Of a stretch of 64,000 bases of DNA, positions 46,820-64,000 are shown piece by piece. The position numbers were made by a program, and so were the translations under genes. The number at the start of each line of letters is the position of its first letter. The stretch's first letter is position 1. This DNA comes from Phoronis australis (taxonomy: Eukaryota; Animalia; Phoronida). The notes under the pieces were generated by a model. That model had not been told where the DNA came from and made no database searches. It was given only the letters and a program-made list of their open reading frames with translations. The DNA lies in contig NMRA01000171.1 in NCBI GenBank assembly GCA_002633005.1, positions 1 through 64,000 on the forward strand, read 5' to 3'.

Positions 46820-49800
46820 GTTGGTAATAATTTTATTTTCTTGAACACTGACCTTCGCGTACTAAGGAGACCCACCAAATCATTACGCGTAGTCAAATTT
46901 TCCAAATTGATCACTGAAGTTGAAATTCCGGTGAGAGACTGAGTAGATATTCATATAGATAAGATTAAATATCATCTTTTATTTCAAATTGCAGTAAACT
47001 TGATTTGAGTGTCCATTCTGTTGTCATAGCCCACCTTGTGTTTTTATTCGATCTCGGGGCATACTCCGTCTTTTTTTAATTGGGTGTACCGCTGTCAAAT
47101 TGAGGTATCAAACTTTTAGGGGCAGCATGACAAATACATGTTCCCACCCATTAACGAACCCAGTTAAGTCAAAGACATTCTTTTGTAAGGAGTTTCTCTT
47201 TGATAAAGATTTTTCTCATGTCATAGCTTTTATAGGCGTTTGTCTTCATTGATTTAAAATTCATTGAACAAACCATTTGACTAATTGTTAACCAACGTAC
47301 ACAGTTATAAATAAGTGTTTATTCGTATAATCGCTTGATCATAAAGGGAACCCTTTCGTTGGTAGATTAATCGTAAAGACACATTTCGCAGACTGGCTAT
47401 AAATTGTCCAACCATCCGGGCAACACATCCCGTACTCAGAGTCTGTACAATGCAAGTGCCCCTGGGTCTGTTCCCTTGATGAGCGCCGCAACTTCATATT
47501 CAGACAGTTCTTATACAGTACCAACCACCCATTAGCGACACGAATGCACAACTGGTTGTCCACATGGCGTTCAACCGCGCGTGCTCAACGAGCTGTCCCC
47601 TCTCTCATGTTTTTCCAGCTCACCAAGAGTGTGCTTGCATATCCATATACGACCGTTGCCTACACACTCAACGTCCTAGCACCTCTAAGCAAGTCAAAAA
47701 TCTATAGCGTTTTTCTGACATTTGACGCTTGATTACTGAAAACATAATCGGCCAGTCGTGAAAAGTTAATTTCGATATTGTCTCCGCGGCGTCTATTTAA
47801 CCTGTAGTTCTCTATAATTTAGTGCTATAAAATTTAAATTTAAACTGTGTTTATGAAAATTTAACGAGCTCTAAATTGACAACGTTCCATTTGTTACGCT
47901 ATTCAAAATGTAAATCGCTTGAATCATTTTGAAGATGCCGGCTTTCACCGAAAGTTATAATAGGTATATTTAAGCACTTGGATTATATTCGAGTTTGATA
48001 TTATTATTAGCATCTCCCTGTTCAAACTTTATTATATGACGAGTTCATCGGCTGACGTTGGTGGCTTCATTTTTGCGGTGAAATCATATACTCATTCTAA
48101 ATTGACTGTAAAACATGTAACTCAAAAACAAACCGTCACCTGAAAGCATTGTTACTACTGAAGACTTCTAAACCCTAAAACCGCTTCGGTTAAGTCCCTG
48201 TAATTTTTAACCGTGCACCTAGCAATATTATTCGCACTGTATTCTGGTTGTTTGCCTCCAACCACATGCCATGCTTCTTCATTCAAGTCTGTGGAGATAC
48301 AGAAGACGCGCAGATGACTATGTTAGTGTGGTAACGTGTAGGTTCTCCACGCAGCAGTCAGGACCCAGTGCTGTTAAGTCACATTTTGTCTTGGAAACGC
48401 TGGACATTGTTTAACAATAAGTATTCGCGAAAGCATTAGCTAATTACGGTATTTGACTGTATACTTCTTGAAACAGTGTTGCTCTGTCGTCAGGCAAATA
48501 TATTGTCATTAGTTATACACGGCTGAAAGAATAACAGAAACCCCTGATTTTGAGAACTAATATGATGTCCGTTATTCTGTGGAGAAAACAAGTTCTCAAA
48601 ATGGGACCATTGTAACGCGGGACCCATGCGAGAGGCTATTACTCAATATAAATATGACATCGAGATGCAGCAATTTCGCTTGTTTGAAAGACCTTGCGTC
48701 AGTTGAAAATACGTAGTAGTTGATTTTAGTTAGAGTGCAGTATTAATTATCGCCATCATTCCCCAAGGACTACAATAAATAAATCACGCTCTTGATCACA
48801 AAACTACGATTATATAGCGAAGCATCTGGCTATCAACTACAACTAGAACAATTACTTTCAAGTCAAACACACAACCGTAATTAATACCCATCTCCCATGG
48901 GACACGCCAGTGCCGTGTGGAAATGGCATTGAACACTTTGAACTCCGAAATACGGCAATTATCCAGTTGTTCCGTATAAAAAAATATCAATTGTATTTTT
49001 CAAACCTTGCTTTTGGCTTACTACAATTTATTGACGTTTATAAAATGTCCGCTTTGTAACGTCACTACATTGCAAAGCATGCTAACAGTGATGTGGAATA
49101 TTCCCAAAGCCTGTTATTGAAGGTGTCTGTGTTCCACTATTGGACCATATAGAGCACGAATGGGCGAGGAATAACAAAACATACATTACCAGTAAAGGCG
49201 TCACACACCGTCAATGCTGTTAACAATTGACAATGCTTTCCTTGTCGTGTAATGTAACTGTGAAACATGGGTTGAAATTGGAACAAATCCAACAGAAATT
49301 GCGTAAAAATAGTTTTTCTGTTGCGTTGCCGGTGTGTTTTTTAAGTAATGGAAACCCACTGGAGTAACCGATTTTACGAAAAACAACAAACCGAGGAGTC
49401 AATCACAATTAGGTATCAATGTCATATTGTGACACTCATCAAACTAATTACACGTGCATGCTATAAGTTGTGATTGATTATTAATTATTATCACTTCTGA
49501 AAAGCTGAGCGTTATTACCTTGATGAAGTTGTTCTTAATGTTGATTAAAATTCATTGTCTTTTGATTACTACGTTCTGCAAACAAAAACATTTAAGCGTT
49601 TATAGTTCGATTTGTTTCTGTTTTGAATCATTTTAAAGCATCGGTTAATAACGTAATGGTTAGATTGCAAGGTGGTGATGATAAAATAATTAATCTGTGG
49701 ACATGAAACCTGACAAACAGAACGTATAGTTGTTAAAAAGAGTTTGTTTTCAGGTTAATTCAGTGATACGCAGCAGCCCGTGGGGAGAGACTCGGTATGA

Positions 49801-49893
49801 CAGACAAAGCTTCTGGTGGGATGACGCAAACGTTGATATATTCTAATTTAATTAACTGGTTTTATGTAATAAAAATAAAAACTTTTAAGATTC

Positions 49894-49899
49894 TTTATT
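49894..49899 (-). terminator. Candidate Msx poly(A) signal AATAAA
   Basis: tttatt on plus, about 640 nt past the Msx stop, followed by U-rich sequence on minus. Confidence 0.6.
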
Positions 49900-50537
49900 G
49901 AAAAAATAATGCAGTCATTACACAACAAATGCCATGCTGCGCGAGCGGTCTACGCGTCGAATATCGCCCAACCGCCTCTCAATTAATTCAGAAGATTGGG
50001 CGGTGAAATTCAACGTTGGAACAAATTAACCAACAAAAGAATATTCACACTTGATACAATGCGTACAGCAGAATATAAATGATACTGGGCAAAAAAAATT
50101 ACCCCCAGTTTTGTTGAACAGAGCAAAATTGAATTCAGTAAAAATAAAAATTAATCGTCTAAGACCCATTCGGTGAAATGTTGAGAATTCAACCATGACT
50201 AATTTTTCTGTCATCAAAATATACCTATCCATCACATATATCTGACAGTTTGCTTTGCTCTGAAAAATATCTGACCCATGTTATGCATACGTTATCTTAT
50301 ATCCTATCTGATGTGGCGTTTTGTTAGACCAGAACGTCACAGCAGGCAATATAGACTGGGACATTAACAACCAACTTCTCCTACGACCTGTTCATAGTTG
50401 GTTTTCAGACGACTGAAACCAAACGTTGATCCACGAATTCGTCAAGAGGACACACACGTTTGGCAAACGACTGTAATGCGTTGTCCTCAACATTAGGGCA
50501 GACCATAAGTCATACCATCCACTCCACCTTACTTTCG

Positions 50538-59385
<8,848 letters not shown>

Positions 59386-59436
59386 GGGGTCTGTCTAAAA
59401 GTCTCTTGCAAATTGCGGTCTCAGTACCGAAACATT

Positions 59437-59635
59437 GACTGAGCACAAATAGCACGCTAAAGTTTATATTGTCCAGTTTTCCTTTGCGCCGCGCAGTGTA
59501 GACGGATATGACGTCGGGAGAATGACTGCGTTCCGATTGGGTAAGAAACTAATAGGCTAATGGTTAATAAATTGGTTGTTTATAAATACCGGTTCGCTGA
59601 CGAGAGTGTAACTGTACAACAAACCTCATTGGTTT
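59437..59635 (-). promoter_or_regulatory. Msx core and proximal promoter
   Basis: TATAAA at 59468-59463, 28 nt upstream of Inr TCAGTC (A at 59440); CRE-like TGACGTC at 59509; three CCAAT boxes near 59536, 59571, 59628. Confidence 0.7.
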
Positions 59636-59940
59636 TCATTACCCCGGAGGCGCCTTTATGCTTGGGTCACGCCCCCTTTGGGCTTACAAAAGAATGAGTC
59701 AAGAAAATTACCATGCCAACGAAAAAACCTGTTGAAAAATGTGAGTAGTAACAAAGAATTAGACATATTCATTGCTCGTCTGAACAGCGTTAGAAATGCC
59801 TCATAAAATTTGATTCAAGCGAATAATAGAAGCTATTTGCAGAAGGCATGCGCGGAGAAGGCTAGGTATTTTTGTGCAGCTAATTGCATTCTTAGTTCAT
59901 CCATCACTATTTGTCAGAAACAGAATACGTTTAACGATTT

Positions 59941-59980
59941 GTGTCTATGACAGGCGCCAGTTGGCGGTCTGATCAAAGGA
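59941..59980. promoter_or_regulatory. Candidate Wnt/BMP-responsive module upstream of Msx
   Basis: GGCGCC 59953-59958, Helper-like ACCGCCA (minus, 59968-59962), GTCT, and TCF site CCTTTGATC (minus, 59979-59971). Confidence 0.45.
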
Positions 59981-60557
59981 GTGGGGCAGCCCTGAACACG
60001 CTCGCGAGACTGGGCGAAACACACACCTTGCGAGGAAAAAATTAAATTGAGGGAAATATTTAAATGAACATGAATTTAACGAGGCTAATAAAAAGACATT
60101 ATCAGTTAATGATTCGAAGGACTCGATCAGATGTTTTTGATTTGACTTTTTGTCGGTGTACTTATCTGCAGTAATGATTGTGTTTTTATAAATGAGAGCC
60201 AGCCAATAGTGTATAATTAATAGAGTATAGTCATGATTATTTTGAAGTCTGGATTATGGGTGTTTGTCTTTGGATACTCTTGGCAGCCTTAGCCTCCCTT
60301 GTACATGCCTTGGCCTCCCGTGTACATCAATTAAAAGAGAAATTAGTCACGACACACGCTTGGAAATCATAAAATGGACTGATTAACTTTCGCAAACTAG
60401 TCTCGAAATTTTCTTTGCCGTGATAACATCTCAGTTGCTTTTACCATTAAAACAAATTGGAATATAACATGTGATTGATATGCATTAGTTCAATCTTGGC
60501 TCAATCCAGTTAAAACTGATGGCTTGAGAAGTTTGGTATTTCTATGGTTAGGTAACC

Positions 60558-60710
60558 TGCCTCCCGTTCAGTAACGCTAGGACCTCGCTAAAAAGCAAGA
60601 CTTCGCGGGATTACGTGAGATATTGCCGTGTATTTTGAATAAGAACACGTGACTTTGGTTAGATTTTTGCTAGGTTCTAGCATAGGTCCTAGCGTTACTG
60701 AACGCACGCC
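60558..60710. mobile_element. Harbinger-like MITE; related decayed copy at about 60997-61130
   Basis: Perfect 21-bp inverted repeat cgttcagtaacgctaggacct at 60565-60585 and 60684-60704; shared gtga.atattgcc.tg.att core. Confidence 0.7.
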
Positions 60711-61719
60711 TGGTTTATTATGTGAGTAAGATGAACATTAAACGAATGCGAAAACTCTTCCCCTGACCCCCTATTGTCACGTGCCGCAAAACGCGTGAGA
60801 GCTCGTGAAGCGATGGTTCGGTACAGATTGCTAGGAACACATCAGGCCTACCGCGGAACTGAACAGCAGGCGTATATGGGACGACGGGCTTAGCAGAAGC
60901 TGAGGAAGCAACCGCGCACCCCATTTTTAGGCTGGGTGCGCGCATGGGAAGGGATTAGAAACGTTGGCGATTTCGTTCATCTCCTAGGTGCACGCACTGG
61001 TTCCCGTTCCGTAACCGCAAAACACGTGCGAAAACTCAAGATCAAACTTAAATGTTCGTGAAATATTGCCTTGCATTAAGAGGAGCATGTGATCTCTATT
61101 CGCGAGCCGAGTTTTTGCGACTACAAAACTCAGTCCTGCTTTCGCTTTTGCGCTCATCTGCCCAGATGATCAGACCTGTACAGAAATGGTCATCATTTAG
61201 GTAAACAAAAATGAGACCATTTTATTTACCTCTTCAATTTCCAGTAGTTTTTATCACTCCAGTCACAAAATTTCCCTCCGTTGTAAGAGTTTTGTTTTAC
61301 ACGATATTACATGACTGTATGCACGTACATTTTTACACTTTTTTACCAGGATAGGTACGTGAGACATCCCAGACAACGGGCATAGACCCCTTTCAATGAA
61401 ACGCACATGTCAAAGAACTTCTTCAAATAGGTATTCAGTAGAATTAATTAAATAATATCATGGGGTGGAAATGTTTCGATTGCCACGCTAAGCTCAGTAC
61501 TGTCCCTTAGTCCCAGTCCCTGAACAGCAAACAATATACCAGCGGTAAAATCCCCATACCCGTTCTCCCACACATGCACCAAAAAAAGCGATACCCAGGA
61601 ACCAAACTACAGTCCCGCAAAAATGGTCCAATGGAGTTTGATCCCCGGGTATGGAGTTCTGTCTTCGGCTGTGGGACATGTTCGATGTGTATGCAGAGTT
61701 TGGAGGCGGGCTGTGTAAT

Positions 61720-61803
61720 TTGTACTGCAGGTTTGGCCAGTGTTTGCTGGTCCGGCTGTACTGGGGTTTGGCCAGTGTTTGCTGGTCCAACTGTACTGGG
61801 GTT
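61720..61803. repeat. 35-bp tandem repeat, about 2.3 copies
   Basis: tttggccagtgtttgctggtcc at 61732 and 61767. Confidence 0.9.
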
Positions 61804-64000
61804 CAGGGGATTGAAGCTGGAATTTAGAGGCGAGGCCTTGGAATCGTTTCCACCTCATGAATATGTCTACAACGATAGAGTCTAGAAAACAAGTTCGTTT
61901 CAATCAGCCATCGTTGCACAACAGTTCCGTCGTGGCGAGAATCTCAAGACCTATGTGTTCAATGTTTAACGTTTAATGAGTGCTTGAATTCTCATACATT
62001 TGCTTCAACCAAATATTAAAATTCAAGTGAATGAAAGTCTTGTTCCAAGTAGGCCTGAGGTAGTAGAAAAATAAAACCACTTTCTTCATGGATTTACAGT
62101 CTACCACAACGCGCGCTTTCATTATGGGGATCTTTGTCGGTATTGGGATTTTTATTTCTGAGGTAGTAGGTCCAATGGTACGTTTAGTACCCCAACTTTC
62201 TACACCACTGACAAAATATTCACCCGAGACGGTACCGGATGAGGCAAAATACTCGCCCGAGACGATAAATGTGTATATACTGAGGGAAAAATCCAGGGTG
62301 GGTACCCATCTCCACTCCCGCTGGAGAAACCCTGGCTATTTTAGTCAGGTGACAATTGAGCTTCGTTCCCAGTCTACACTATTGACTTTTAGAAGTTAAG
62401 TATTGAATTCAAGCAGGGAAAACGTGATTTTTTTAATAGACGGAATCTTTTAAACGCCGTTAATTGTCCTACTAAGAAATTAGATTCACAAAATGGGATA
62501 CTTTTTTTACAAAAATATTTTCGCAATTTTGCGATATCCATGCTTGTGTTCATTGCATCTGTTTACTGCCAGAATTGCTTTAGATGTAATCAATTGTTTT
62601 AATCGCGAGTTTGCATCGAGATTGCAATCGATTGATACCACCAACTTCGCTACCGGGGGGTACGACCTGAGATAAAGCAGACCCCGTTTTTTATTACGCA
62701 ACGTAAATTTATGTTGATAACTGGTGGTCATTTATGAAATAAGTGGCTGGGGTCTTCCACTTAGTTAACTCACAACATAAAAGTATTAGTGGAAGTACCA
62801 CTATCTCCGAAAAACTTATTTTACACTTGCGACGAGAAATCTTGAGTCAAGGAACAGTAACAGTTCCACCTCACCGACCTACCTCTTCAGTGGGTGCCTT
62901 TTTGCTGGGGTACGCTAGTAAGCCTCGGAAAATACTCGTGTTTTTTGCGTGGTCTTTCCTTTTGGCCAGATTCTCGCAACTACAAAACGCATCCCACATA
63001 GACAAATCCAATCCATTATGCATATAATAAAAACTGAAAGGCCTCTTACTTCACAAGATTAAGCAGGCGAGTGCTCTAAACTTCTTGGGGCTGGTTCTTA
63101 ATTTTCTGAGCCAACAATCTCATTTTAGGGCACAACATTTACAGAAAATAATTAACTATAATGTCTTTTTGCATTGCAAGGTAATATATTTACAAATAGT
63201 TACATGTTAACTGATAAACTGTTTATGCTTGGATACGAATATGTGATCGTTTTATTTGTTGTCGGTTCCATAATGCTGGAACCAAATCAGGCTTCTTAGC
63301 TGAAAAGTAGTAGCAATGTTCAAAAAAGTATTTGCGTGAATGGCTGAAGCTTAAAATGTAGAAATAACGTTTTCGAAGCGATGCGCCATAGCTGTTTCGA
63401 CCAAGTGTATTCACAACCATTATATTTCATCACAGCGCATCTATCTTTTCAAACACTAACTGTGTTGTTGTCGTCGGCAATAAAATCACAGACTGGTTGA
63501 GTTAATTGAAGTTTATCATAAGACTAACAATTTATATAAGCTACCGGCGACGGATTCATCGCTTTAGTTTGGGGTGCAATTCGATGTTCAGACACACTAT
63601 ACTGAAGAAGTTCAAGTAAATGAATAGACCGCTAATGGTGCTTAATTAGCACATAGCTGGGCAATAAAACCTCCATGGTCTGTAATCAAACCAGTCACAG
63701 GCTATGTAAAGGCATGTGCTTGGCAATATTTGTCTCCGCGTTAGATTCGGCTGGTAAGAATGCGTAATACTCACCACTTCTGAAGGACCGAAGAAAACAC
63801 ATTGCCGCAGTGTCTCATGTTGAAGGCGACGCGACCATACTGGGGCCAATTTCTCGCAAACGATATTGCTATAAGCAATTTGGAGTCTACCAAAATGTTA
63901 ATTTGGAAAGCAGAATTGATTGATTTGTCCTGGGTGAAATGTTCAGGGAATGCTAATGGTCCGGTTATAACGTGACCTGAGTAGAACACTTGGCCATTAA

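Noticed and set aside
41124-49402. Short ORFs between LMF1 and Msx
   Set aside because: Lengths expected by chance, no motifs, no consistent splice structure
49966-50006. Hairpin accgcc...ggcggt in the Msx 3' UTR as a miRNA precursor
   Set aside because: Stem too short and imperfect
61494-63989. Several 60-103-aa ORFs upstream of Msx
   Set aside because: No recognisable domains or coherent exon chain; they overlap short repeats and probable transposon debris

Overview
Eukaryotic, intron-rich animal DNA, probably a lophotrochozoan invertebrate (inferred from protein and repeat styles), with two assembly gaps (2057-2775, 24366-24404). Three intact spliced genes can be built by hand with phase-compatible GT-AG junctions: a TRC8/RNF139-like RING-H2 E3 ligase (minus, 3 coding exons, 17474-11053, 622 aa), LMF1 (plus, 12 exons including an 11-nt microexon, 24576-37741, 558 aa) and an Msx homeobox gene (minus, 3 exons, 59385-50538, 309 aa, with TATA/Inr/CCAAT promoter). 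The rest is introns and intergenic DNA rich in DNA-transposon derivatives. The most notable is a young 1693-bp Kolobok element (TTAA duplication, 158-bp TIRs) whose internal deletion left two convergent, overlapping, open ORFs (THAP protein and KolX-like protein). Others are an ISL2EU-like relic just after the LMF1 stop, an AcademX-like relic, a 65-bp AcademH-like MITE carrying a perfect CRE, a Helentron/HINE-like element with seven phased CTCF-like motifs, a 57-bp GC-rich minisatellite and many MITEs. No rRNA, true tRNA or CRISPR array is supported. I cannot show a wholly new biological system. The best leads are the Kolobok derivative, the transposon-borne CTCF-motif array and a TCF+Helper+GGCGCC module upstream of Msx. 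Family assignments rest on motif recognition, not database searches.
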